Positions 1-7,710 of a stretch of 25,103 nt of DNA are shown in pieces; within the stretch, counting starts at the first letter, position 1, and every line of letters begins with the position of its first letter. Origin of the DNA: Campylobacterota bacterium (GTDB lineage: Bacteria; Campylobacterota; Campylobacteria; Campylobacterales; Sulfurovaceae); contig JAYEOM010000104.1 in NCBI GenBank assembly GCA_034722955.1, positions 1-25,103 on the forward strand. The letters are read 5' to 3'. The position numbers and the translations under genes were made by a program. Under the pieces are notes generated by a model, which did no database searches, was not told the origin of the DNA, and worked only from the letters and a program-made list of their open reading frames with translations.

Positions 1-493
1 TATCATCTTTATGATTTTGTACTATCCGAGCATCTTTGAGACACTCTGGTATATTGTTTGTTAGAAAATGGTTATAAGAGCTATAGGGGTACTCTTCTAA
101 TGTTTTTACTATCTTTGCTTTGAGTGGATTTTGCTCTATATAGAGCATTAGAGTATAGAGATAAGCTTCATCTGTGACATACCAAGACTTGAACCGTCCT
201 TGCCACAGGTGTCCTGATCTTCTGTATTTTTTATTGAAGTAGATGGCGTAGTTCATATTGAGTTGTCTCATAAACTTAGAGAGGTTCTCTTTTTCTATCC
301 CTATGAGTAGATGATAGTGGTTTTTCATAAGACAATAGTTATGTATGGTGATACCATAGCTTTTTGCATAAAAGCACATTAGCTCTTCAAACTGTTCATA
401 GTCAGCAGGCTCTTTGAAGATAACTCTTTTGTCTACCCCTCTATTGATGATATGATAATAACCTGCTATCTCTATGCGTGGTTTTCTTGGCAT
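1..493 (-). CDS. REP-associated tyrosine transposase (RAYT, Y1/HUH family), runs off the window start
   Basis: Absent from the ORF track. Manual translation from ATG 493 gives MPRKPRIEIAGYYHIINRGVDKR...YCLMKNHYHLL...SGHLWQGRFKSW...LYIEQNPLKA...EEYPYSSY. It shows the HUH motif (HYH), catalytic Tyr (YIxxNP) and WQxRF motif, with RBS AAGGAG upstream. Open to position 1. Confidence 0.92.
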   Translation of the reverse strand, partial: MPRKPRIEIAGYYHIINRGVDKRVIFKEPADYEQFEELMCFYAKSYGITIHNYCLMKNHYHLLIGIEKENLSKFMRQLNMNYAIYFNKKYRRSGHLWQGRFKSWYVTDEAYLYTLMLYIEQNPLKAKIVKTLEEYPYSSYNHFLTNNIPECLKDARIVQNHKDD

Positions 494-546
494 CACTATC
501 TCCTTTGTTTGGTAGTATAGCTTATGAATACTTAGTTGTAGTTGTT

Positions 547-556
547 ACCTGACCCC
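547..556 (-). repeat. GGGGTCAGGT element-end motif upstream of the RAYT gene
   Basis: ACCTGACCCC at 547-556 is identical to 672-681 and lies about 55 bp upstream of the RAYT start codon. Confidence 0.75.
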
Positions 557-560
557 TTAA

Positions 561-677
561 CTACAAGCATACCAAAAAGGATATTCACAGCATTTGATTG
601 CTAAAGTATTAGGATTAAATCAAGCAACTGTACAGAGGATTATTAAGAGGACAAAGGATAGCATTAGCATCACCTGA
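561..677 (+). pseudogene. Startless C-terminal helix-turn-helix fragment of a RAYT transposase
   Basis: Translates LQAYQKGYSQHLIAKVLGLNQATVQRIIKRTKDSISIT*, a clear HTH (GYSQxxIAKVLGLNQATV) like the C-terminal HTH of this RAYT subgroup. Its stop TGA (675-677) lies inside ACCTGACCCC. No start codon; in-frame TAA at 558-560. Confidence 0.75.
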
Positions 678-818
678 CCCCGGGCTTATCTCTCCCTCAA
701 ATACTGAAAACTGCACACGCGTTAAATACTTCTCAACCTCTTTTCGTATCTTGTAGCTGTTATCTTTTTTAGCCCTTAAGCTTTTGTCGGCTATGTCGTA
801 AAATAGGATAATGTACAT
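615..818 (-). pseudogene. cas2: CRISPR-associated Cas2, 3'-truncated at about 682
   Basis: MYIILFYDI...KYLTRVQFSVFEGEISP carries the Cas2 YDI and Q.SVFEG motifs. After ISP the frame reads into GGGGTCAGG and unrelated sequence, leaving about 46 Cas2 residues of an expected ~90. Confidence 0.85.
672..681 (+). repeat. ACCTGACCCC element-end motif at the cas2 breakpoint
   Basis: Second exact copy of the 10-mer. It contains the HTH fragment stop codon and abuts the end of Cas2 similarity. Confidence 0.75.
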
Positions 819-822
819 ATCA

Positions 823-1353
823 TTACTTTTCTAGAATTTTATGTATGGTTCTCATAGAGAGATACATCATGGTTTGAGTAGGCTTCACCCCAAGTTCTCC
901 ATCTATCACAGGGACTATCTCAAAATCATACTTATGATAAAAAGCCACAGCATCATCTTTTGCATCAACAAAGATTCCAACACACCCAACCAACTCTTCT
1001 ATCTCTATGGCAAGATACAACATGTGTTGTAGTAGTTTTCGCCCTATACCTTGTGATTGAACGCTCTTATCTACTCCAAGCCGTGCAATCCTAAGAATAG
1101 GTAGTGGATAGTTAGGAAACTTTTTAAATTCAGATATATCCAAACTATCTATTTTCAAAGATGAAGCAGATATGGTTGCATATCCCAAAATCTTTTCTGA
1201 ACCACTCTCTATAGCTACATAAGAGTTCCCTATCTTGTGTTTAAACTGGTTCTGCCCTGCAAATTTGATAAAAAATCTATCTATCTCAATATCTCCACTA
1301 CAAAACTCTTTTCGGTTATCTCTCTTTTGGAGCTTTCTAATCTCTATCTTCAT
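823..1353 (-). CDS. GNAT-family acetyltransferase toxin (TacT/AtaT-like)
   Basis: FCSGDIEIDRFF N-terminus, RIARLGVDKSVQSQGIGRKLL acetyl-CoA motif and VDAKDDAVAFYHKYDF. Overlaps the upstream small gene. Confidence 0.88.
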   Translation of the reverse strand: MKIEIRKLQKRDNRKEFCSGDIEIDRFFIKFAGQNQFKHKIGNSYVAIESGSEKILGYATISASSLKIDSLDISEFKKFPNYPLPILRIARLGVDKSVQSQGIGRKLLQHMLYLAIEIEELVGCVGIFVDAKDDAVAFYHKYDFEIVPVIDGELGVKPTQTMMYLSMRTIHKILEK

Positions 1354-1597
1354 TCATCAGCTCTCTCAATGCACTGCTTGGTTCTCTATCTCTCATAATT
1401 ACATCTTCAAAAACCTCTTTCGAGACAGTAATATGTGGGGGGATAATAACATCCTCAGGCAACTCTTGATGAGCATTGATATAGTGAAGCAGTGCCTGTT
1501 CAATAATGAAACCTTTCTTCTGCCCAGATTTTGCTGAAAAGTTCTCAAATATCATCTTTGTCTCATTTGATATATAGGCTGATACTTGTGTTGTCAT
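1337..1597 (-). CDS. Antitoxin (RHH/DUF1778 TacA-like) of the GNAT toxin
   Basis: Start reassigned to ATG 1597 (MTTQVSAYIS) behind RBS AAAGGAG. 86 aa, with an RHH-like N-terminus and a C-terminal EPSSALRELM resembling DUF1778. Overlaps the GNAT gene. Confidence 0.72.
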   Translation of the reverse strand: MTTQVSAYISNETKMIFENFSAKSGQKKGFIIEQALLHYINAHQELPEDVIIPPHITVSKEVFEDVIMRDREPSSALRELMNEDRD

Positions 1598-1647
1598 GCT
1601 ATCTCCTTTGATTTCTACTATTTTGTAGATTTTTTTGTATTTTATCA

Positions 1648-1653
1648 ATTATA
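1648..1653 (-). promoter_or_regulatory. Possible -10 box (TATAAT) for the GNAT TA pair
   Basis: Perfect TATAAT on the minus strand about 50 bp upstream of the antitoxin start. Confidence 0.35.
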
Positions 1654-1664
1654 GCTAAAATGAT

Positions 1665-2130
1665 TTAATAACAATAATCCCTTACTCACAGCCCTTACAA
1701 AACTTTATCTCCACAAAAGGTGGTGGCTTAGGAGTGTCCAAAAATTGACTTAACTCAGACATAAGTGCTTCAATGGTTTGCATGTTCTCCTCATTCCCCT
1801 CTACAAATATGACTGTACGACCAGAAATAATCTTGCCATTAATCACTTTGAGTTTGAGAGAGGTTTTGAGTTGCCACATATAAAAGAGCAGTTGCATCTT
1901 TGCCCCTTGGGTATTGCTCATAGATTTTTTATACTCTGTGACCATAATATGCCCTCGCTCTTTGCCAATCTTGTCAAATTTGAGATGTGCAAAAGGAAAC
2001 TTATGCAAAGTATCCTCTTTTATCTCTGCCAATGCCTTACCCATCAAGATATTCTCATCCCACTGATCAGCATGAATACGCCTACTATAGAGCCATGCTT
2101 CTCTTGGGCAAGTGGCGTAGTAGTGTGTGA
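1665..2130 (-). pseudogene. cas4: CRISPR-associated exonuclease Cas4, 5'-truncated and frameshifted
   Basis: The frame extends upstream of the ORF call as HYYATCPREAWLY (first Fe-S Cys) with no start codon, and includes FDK, EYKKS and QLLFY motifs. At the end, TGT GAG TA AGG GAT TAT TGT TAT TAA is CEYRDYCY* with one base missing. Confidence 0.85.
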
Positions 2131-2280
2131 TATATGAAAGATTGTAATAGTTTGGCTAAGACCATTTTGACGGGTAGATTTCGTGTGGGCAAGGTTGCTT
2201 TTATGGTGAGCAATGTATGAACTCCAATTGTAAAATAACACTATGAGCTTATTATATATTTGTTCAACTAAAATTTTTTT

Positions 2281-2372
2281 ATTACGGGTCAGGCGTTGAA
2301 AATACACTTTTAAAATATGTTACATTTGTACTCAAATAATTAAAAGTAAATATTCAACGCCTGACCCGTAAT
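2281..2372. repeat. 92-bp inverted-repeat element (REPIN/MITE-like) with GGGTCAGG ends
   Basis: Perfect 20-bp IR: ATTACGGGTCAGGCGTTGAA (2281-2300) and TTCAACGCCTGACCCGTAAT (2353-2372). Inner IR: ACTTTTAA (2306-2313) and TTAAAAGT (2340-2347). Confidence 0.85.
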
Positions 2373-2389
2373 TGTAATTTATAATGAGA

Positions 2390-2527
2390 TTATTTCACCA
2401 ACTCCAAAAACTCCAACCCCTTATCATAATCTATTGAACTATCAGGCTCTCGAACTATTAAAGATTTTATAGTCTCTTTTTCTGTAATTGTTTTTCCAAT
2501 GTTGTATAGTTTACTTGCTAGGCTCAT
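2390..2527 (-). pseudogene. Probable N-terminal stub of type I-B Cas8b (TM1802/Csh1-like)
   Basis: MSLASKLYNIGKTITEKETIKSLI starts in ATGA overlap with the PIN gene and resembles Campylobacterota Cas8b N-termini as I recall them. It stops after 45 codons. Its position upstream of cas4 and cas2 fits. Confidence 0.45.
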
Positions 2528-2949
2528 CTTTTTCCTCCACCACATTTTTTTAAAAAACCATCCGTACCCATCACAGAAATACCACACTCAAAAAATCTTC
2601 TATCTTCTGTTATCAAAACACTACATTGATTCTCTTTAGCACAGAGACATTGTAATACATCTTCTAAATCTAAATTTTTTTCAAGAGCCAAAGCTATAGC
2701 TTTTTCTATGAGAGCTTTTCCATAAGGTACAACTTCCCATTTTTTAAGGATTTTTTGAAAAAACAGTAAAGTCGTTCTTTTATTTTTTATAATATAAAAA
2801 ATCGTACTCATCATATCTTCACTTATGACAATGGAATATGCGTTTAGAGTGAGATAGCTTATTAACTCTTGAACTTTTTGATGATTATCTCTCTTCTCAT
2901 CTAAAAAGTCTATAATAATATTTGTATCTAAAAAGATTTTTTTACTCAT
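2524..2949 (-). CDS. PIN-domain (VapC-like, PIN_3) toxin
   Basis: IFLDTNIIIDFL, DLEDVLQCLCA and LITEDRRF acidic PIN motifs. Confidence 0.9.
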   Translation of the reverse strand: MSKKIFLDTNIIIDFLDEKRDNHQKVQELISYLTLNAYSIVISEDMMSTIFYIIKNKRTTLLFFQKILKKWEVVPYGKALIEKAIALALEKNLDLEDVLQCLCAKENQCSVLITEDRRFFECGISVMGTDGFLKKCGGGKR

Positions 2950-3229
2950 AGTTATATCTATCTGCTTTTTTTTCTTTTATCTCTTGTACCGTCATATTCT
3001 CGGTATCTCCACTTGCAATACCTGCAAACTGCATAATCTCATCAAGCTCTTTTTGTCTCTCTAATTGTAATTTATTTTCTAAAAAAGCTTTAATTTCATC
3101 TGCATATTGGGCTGAGATGAGTAGCCCCTTATACTCTTTGGTTTTCTTATCTTCAATATCTATATAATCATACTCTTGCAATATATTTATATTTCGTGCT
3201 ATCTCTCGCACACCTATGGTAGCTGTCAT
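2942..3229 (-). CDS. Putative antitoxin of the PIN toxin (Phd/YefM-like N-terminus)
   Basis: MTATIGVREIARNI resembles Phd-type starts. 95 aa, overlaps the PIN gene, RBS AAGGA. Confidence 0.7.
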   Translation of the reverse strand: MTATIGVREIARNINILQEYDYIDIEDKKTKEYKGLLISAQYADEIKAFLENKLQLERQKELDEIMQFAGIASGDTENMTVQEIKEKKADRYNYE

Positions 3230-3368
3230 TTTAAATCCTTGTTGTCTTTTATATATTTATAGTATATCTAATTTATATTGAAAATAACTATACCACCTCC
3301 ACAACTAAAATTTTTATGAAAGCATTAGATCTGCAGGCTTGTACAATAGTACTCTTTTAAGGATCTTG

Positions 3369-3377
3369 TGCTATGAT
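3369..3377 (+). promoter_or_regulatory. Extended -10 promoter (TGcTATGAT) for ffs
   Basis: TGnTATGAT upstream of a hairpin and the SRP RNA. Confidence 0.55.
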
Positions 3378-3427
3378 ATCACTCTTCAAAAGAGGCAGTG
3401 AGAACATTTGGGTGTTTTGACTGCCTC

Positions 3428-3523
3428 TTTCTAGACCTGTGCAATAGCATTTGAGGGTACTGGGTCAGGATGGGAACATAGCAGCCCGTCTTCATCTACT
3501 ATGTGCCGCAGGGATCTGGGGGG
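3428..3523 (+). ncRNA. ffs: Signal recognition particle RNA (4.5S, small bacterial SRP)
   Basis: Helix-8 motif GGGTCAGG-ATG-GGAA-CAT-AGCAGCCC at 3462-3487. The 5' end CTAGACCTGTGC pairs with the 3' end GCAGGGATCTGG. Ends are approximate. Confidence 0.88.
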
Positions 3524-3549
3524 AGGTTACTATGCGTTGTACCTCTTTT
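3523..3549 (+). terminator. Probable intrinsic terminator of ffs
   Basis: GAGGT(T)AC...GTACCTC stem followed by TTTT. Confidence 0.55.
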
Positions 3550-4651
3550 ACAAATCTATATTATCTTGAAAATCATCCTCATCTTCATTTAGAATACTCC
3601 ACTCATAAAATGGAAGAGCTTCAAATCGTATCTTCTCTATCTCATAACTGTATTGATTGGCTACTGTGATTATAGTCACCTTCTCTACGCCATGTTTTTT
3701 GTAAAGAGAAAATTTGTTATGTGACTTTTTCCAGATACTCTCTTCACTCTCAAATGGAGCAGGAGTGATGAGCTCTCCGTATAAAGTAAGGTAGCCATGT
3801 ATCCCCAAAGTTTTGAAGGCTCTATGGTGTTTTATAAGGGCTAGTGCGATTATGCTATCAAACTGCGTGATAAAAGGCTGTCCCATCGTGAGATATTTGC
3901 CAAGGGCAAAATCAAATATGATAAGCTTTTTGCCGCCTTTTTGATGGATATCTTCAATAAAATAGAGTATACCCTCCTGCTGAAAATCCTTGATCTTTCG
4001 ATAGAGCCAATCTTTGGAGACTTTGAACCTCTCTTTTGCAGCTCTATAGATCTGATGAGTTGTGAGGTGTTTAGTCTGGTATATTGCCAGAAGAGCAAGA
4101 AGTTGCTGCTCTTGCCTCTCAAACCTACTCTGTAGAAAAGTTTTTAACTCTATGGTGGCGGTTTGTGTAGATCGTGATGTCACCGGCAGTGTACCTAGCT
4201 TGAGAAAGTGGTTGAAACTGTTAGCAGCTGATGTGCTTCGTTCAAAAGCTAGGAACTCTTCGTAGTCTAGAGGAAATAGTTCAACTTCCGCAAAACCTGC
4301 TAGAGATAGAGGAGTTCTTGATAAGATGATAATCCTCTCTGCATGCGGAATCTCCTCTAGTATAGATGGCTCATAGTGGTCAAGCACCAAAAGTTCGATG
4401 CTGCTCTCCCATATATAGCTCTGCAGCTCATCTCTATCTATGGAGCCAAAGAGTAGGTTGGGGTCATCACCATCTATATAGAGCAGTGTCTCATGATCCA
4501 TCTCCTCTAGATAATCTACCACCAACATACTCTTGCCAGCACCCCTGACTCCATGAAGATTGATATGGTTCTCATCGGGGAGTTGGAGCTTTCTGGGTGT
4601 ATAGTGAGTTATCTCCGGAGGGTGACTCTGGAAGTAATCGAAGAGTTTCAT
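3548..4651 (-). CDS. AAA+ (AAA_14-like) ATP-binding protein
   Basis: Walker A GVRGAGKS and FPLDYEEF motif. A similar gene flanks rpsJ in Helicobacter. Confidence 0.8.
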   Translation of the reverse strand: MKLFDYFQSHPPEITHYTPRKLQLPDENHINLHGVRGAGKSMLVVDYLEEMDHETLLYIDGDDPNLLFGSIDRDELQSYIWESSIELLVLDHYEPSILEEIPHAERIIILSRTPLSLAGFAEVELFPLDYEEFLAFERSTSAANSFNHFLKLGTLPVTSRSTQTATIELKTFLQSRFERQEQQLLALLAIYQTKHLTTHQIYRAAKERFKVSKDWLYRKIKDFQQEGILYFIEDIHQKGGKKLIIFDFALGKYLTMGQPFITQFDSIIALALIKHHRAFKTLGIHGYLTLYGELITPAPFESEESIWKKSHNKFSLYKKHGVEKVTIITVANQYSYEIEKIRFEALPFYEWSILNEDEDDFQDNIDL

Positions 4652-4801
4652 ATCTTATCCTTCCTTATAAAAAGGAAATAAATTTTCTTATTGTAGCGAT
4701 TTTGGACTAAATTCTAGGCTAACGAAAAGAGAAACTCGGTACAATACGCGTCCAACAAATTTATGTTAGGTGAAACTAACGAGTTCTTTATAAGGGTAAA
4801 A

Positions 4802-5113
4802 ATGGAAAAGATTAGATTGAAGCTTAAGGCTTATGATCATCGTGTATTGGATAGATCAGTTGCTGCTATTGTCGATGCAGTCAAGAGAACAGGTGCTGAA
4901 ATTATAGGACCTATCCCTATGCCGACAAAGATAAAGCGTTATACAGTGCTTAAGTCTCCGCATGTAAACAAAGATGCCAGAGAGCAGTTTGAGATTAGAA
5001 TACACTCAAGAATGATTGATATCGTTTCTGCTACTTCGGATACTATAGATTCACTGATGAAGTTGGATTTAGCACCGGAGATCGAAGTAGAAATAAGATC
5101 GATGGACAAGTAA
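4802..5113 (+). CDS. rpsJ: 30S ribosomal protein S10
   Basis: [17 protein letters not shown]; start reassigned to ATG 4802. Confidence 0.98.
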   Translation: MEKIRLKLKAYDHRVLDRSVAAIVDAVKRTGAEIIGPIPMPTKIKRYTVLKSPHVNKDAREQFEIRIHSRMIDIVSATSDTIDSLMKLDLAPEIEVEIRSMDK

Positions 5114-5120
5114 GGAGTAG

Positions 5121-5705
5121 ATGATGGAATTTATCATAGAAAAAATTGGTATGAGTAGAACAGTCGATGTACCAAGTGTTCCTGTTACGCTTCTTAAAGT
5201 CGTTGAGACAAAAGTCTGCGAAGTCAAAGAAGATGGCAAAGCACTTGTTGCATACCACAGTAGTAAAAAGCTCAACAAGAGTATAGAGGGTCAACAGACC
5301 AAATTTGATATCGCTAAAGAGTTCAATAAGTTTATGACGATTGAAGTAGCAGAGGGTACTGAAGCTGGTGATCTTGATCTAGTCGCATTAGCCGAAGCAA
5401 CTTTAGTAAAGACTTCTCTCAATACAAAAGGTAGAGGTTTCTCCGGTGGTATGAAGCGACACAACTTCCACGGTGGTCCTGGTTCACACGGTCACAGATT
5501 TGGTAGAAGGATTGGTTCAATCGGTAATGCAGAGTGGCCTGGTCGTGTTCAAAAAGGTAAAAAGATGCCAGGTCAATATGGTAATACCAAAGTGACTGTA
5601 AAAAATGATGTGATCTCATTTGATGCTGAAAATGGTATCCTCATATTAAAAGGTTCAATTCCCGGTCACAATGGGGCTAGAGGATTAGTAAGGATTGTTA
5701 AATGA
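5121..5705 (+). CDS. rplC: 50S ribosomal protein L3
   Basis: [19 protein letters not shown] and GKKMPGQYG motifs; operon order. Confidence 0.98.
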   Translation: MMEFIIEKIGMSRTVDVPSVPVTLLKVVETKVCEVKEDGKALVAYHSSKKLNKSIEGQQTKFDIAKEFNKFMTIEVAEGTEAGDLDLVALAEATLVKTSLNTKGRGFSGGMKRHNFHGGPGSHGHRFGRRIGSIGNAEWPGRVQKGKKMPGQYGNTKVTVKNDVISFDAENGILILKGSIPGHNGARGLVRIVK

Positions 5706-6295
5706 GTAGTGCAGTATTAGTTAAAACAGAAGAGCTTCCAAAAGCATTTTTGGAAGTTCACCCACACAACCTTTACCTATATTGTAAAGCTTATGCATCA
5801 GGTCTCAGAGCAAACACTGCTCAAACAAAGACTCGTTCACAAGTGAGTGGTGGCGGTAAGAAGCCTTGGGCTCAAAAAGGTGGCGGTCGTGCGAGAGCCG
5901 GTTCTACTAGATCTCCTATATTTGTAGGTGGTGGTGTAGCATTTGGTCCAAGTGCAAACAGAAACTATGATCAAAAAGTAAACAAAAAGCAGAAGAGATT
6001 GGCTCTTTATCATGCAGTAGCTGAAAAAGTTGCCAATAATAGACTCTATGTTGTTGATAGTGTTGTTGTAGAATCAGGAAAAACAAAAGATGCTTTGGCG
6101 TTTGTAAATAGTCTTGAGCAGAGAGATGTTTTAGTTGTCAAAGAGATGATCGATGATAAAACATTCCTAGCATTTAGAAACCTTCAAAATGCATACCTTA
6201 TTGAAGCTAATGAGCTAAATGCTTACCTTGCAGCTGCATATCACTCTATCGTGATCGAAAAAGCTGTTTGGGAAAAATTGACAAAAGAGAGTTAA
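5702..6295 (+). CDS. rplD: 50S ribosomal protein L4
   Basis: [21 protein letters not shown]. Confidence 0.98.
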   Translation: MSSAVLVKTEELPKAFLEVHPHNLYLYCKAYASGLRANTAQTKTRSQVSGGGKKPWAQKGGGRARAGSTRSPIFVGGGVAFGPSANRNYDQKVNKKQKRLALYHAVAEKVANNRLYVVDSVVVESGKTKDALAFVNSLEQRDVLVVKEMIDDKTFLAFRNLQNAYLIEANELNAYLAAAYHSIVIEKAVWEKLTKES

Positions 6296-6296
6296 G

Positions 6297-6578
6297 ATGG
6301 CAGATATTACAGATATTAAAGCGATTATGTATACAGAGAAGACCATTGATCTTCAAGAAGATGGTGTCATCGTAGTTCAAACAACACCTAGAATGACAAA
6401 AAATGGTCTCAAAGAGGTTTTCAAAGAGTTTTTCGATATCACACCATTGAAGGTTAACTCAATGAGAGTAAATGGAAAAGTGAAGAGATTTAGAGGTGTT
6501 GAGGGCAAGAGACCAGATATGAAAAAATTCTATGTCAAGCTTCCTGAAGATGCAAAAATCGAAAGCTTAGCGGTATAA
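6297..6578 (+). CDS. rplW: 50S ribosomal protein L23
   Basis: TEK, GKVKRF and KKFYVKL motifs; operon order. Confidence 0.97.
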   Translation: MADITDIKAIMYTEKTIDLQEDGVIVVQTTPRMTKNGLKEVFKEFFDITPLKVNSMRVNGKVKRFRGVEGKRPDMKKFYVKLPEDAKIESLAV

Positions 6579-6588
6579 GGAGAAGTAG

Positions 6589-7416
6589 ATGGCAATTAAA
6601 ACATATAAACCAACCACACCTTCGCGTCGTTATATGACTAACTTGGATAGTAGTGATATCACTGCTAAAGCAAGTGTAAGAGGTCTCCTTAAAAAGCTCC
6701 CAGCACATGCGGGTAGAAACTCAAACGGTAGAATCACCTCTAGACATAGACAAGCAGGTGCAAAAAAACTATATAGAGTTATAGACTTTAAAAGAGATAA
6801 GTTTGGTATCGAAGGTACAGTAGCTACTGTAGAGTACGATCCATACAGAAACTGTAGAATCTGCCTAGTCAAATATGTAGATGGCGATAGAAGATATATA
6901 CTTCAGCCAAAAGGTCTCAATGTAGGCGACAAGATCGTATCAGCAGAAGCTGATCTTGATATCAAAACCGGTAATGCTATGAAACTAAAGAGTATTCCGG
7001 TAGGTACATTGGTTCACAACATAGAGCTCAATCCTGGTCAGGGTGGTAAATTTGCCAGATCTGCCGGCGGATATGCACAGATCATGGGTAGAGATGGCAA
7101 ATATGTATCTCTCAGAATGCCTTCAGGCGAGATGAGATATATCCTTGCTGAGTCTCTTGCAACTATCGGTACTGTTGGTAACGAAGACTTTGCAAATATT
7201 GTTATCGGTAAAGCCGGTAGAAGTAGACACCTTGGTAAAAGACCACAAACTAGAGGATCTGCTATGAACCCAATCGATCACCCACACGGTGGTGGTGAAG
7301 GTAAAACAAACTCAGGTCGTCATCCGGTATCTCCTTGGGGTATGCCAACTAAGGGATATAAGACTCGTAAGAAAAAATCAAGTGATCGCTTAATCATCAC
7401 TAAGAGAAAGAAGTAA
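6589..7416 (+). CDS. rplB: 50S ribosomal protein L2
   Basis: EYDPYR and [14 protein letters not shown]. Confidence 0.99.
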   Translation: MAIKTYKPTTPSRRYMTNLDSSDITAKASVRGLLKKLPAHAGRNSNGRITSRHRQAGAKKLYRVIDFKRDKFGIEGTVATVEYDPYRNCRICLVKYVDGDRRYILQPKGLNVGDKIVSAEADLDIKTGNAMKLKSIPVGTLVHNIELNPGQGGKFARSAGGYAQIMGRDGKYVSLRMPSGEMRYILAESLATIGTVGNEDFANIVIGKAGRSRHLGKRPQTRGSAMNPIDHPHGGGEGKTNSGRHPVSPWGMPTKGYKTRKKKSSDRLIITKRKK

Positions 7417-7425
7417 GGGGCTAAG

Positions 7426-7704
7426 ATGTCTAGATCTACAAAAAAAGGTCCATTTATTGATGGTCACCTAATGAAAAAAGTGCTTAAAGCAAAAGAAGAG
7501 GGTTCAACTAAACCTATCAAAACTTGGTCAAGAAGATCTGTAATCTTCCCTGAGTTTATAGGTTTGACGATCAATGTACATAACGGTAGACAGTTTGTGC
7601 CTGTATTTGTAACTGAAAATCATGTTGGTTATAAATTGGGTGAATTTGCACCGACTAGAACATTTAAGGGCCATAAAGGTTCTGTTCAGAAAAAGATAGG
7701 GTAA
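7426..7704 (+). CDS. rpsS: 30S ribosomal protein S19
   Basis: KKGPF, TWSRRS and KLGEFAPTR. Confidence 0.99.
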   Translation: MSRSTKKGPFIDGHLMKKVLKAKEEGSTKPIKTWSRRSVIFPEFIGLTINVHNGRQFVPVFVTENHVGYKLGEFAPTRTFKGHKGSVQKKIG

Positions 7705-7710
7705 GGGTGA

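Noticed and set aside
547..681. GGGGTC ends as Tn3-family inverted repeats
   Set aside because: Similarity is limited to the first 6 bases. There is no 38-bp IR and no Tn3 transposase or resolvase, and the linked enzyme is an HUH Y1 protein.
2044..2307. 87-aa minus-strand ORF
   Set aside because: It begins inside the inverted repeat and overlaps cas4 out of frame; likely spurious.
3288..3305. VVEVV* on the minus strand as the last codons of cas6
   Set aside because: The position fits, but five residues without the Gly-rich loop are insufficient evidence.
2265..3315. 14-bp direct repeat CAACTAAAATTTTT at 2265-2278 and 3302-3315 flanking the IR element and the PIN TA
   Set aside because: Low-complexity AT-rich match that could arise by chance; not supported as a target duplication.
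1..3400. CRISPR array near the cas genes
   Set aside because: No regularly spaced 28-37-bp direct repeats were found. An array would be expected beyond cas2, outside the window.
3451..3669. 72-aa plus-strand ORF
   Set aside because: It overlaps the SRP RNA and the antisense strand of the ATPase gene.
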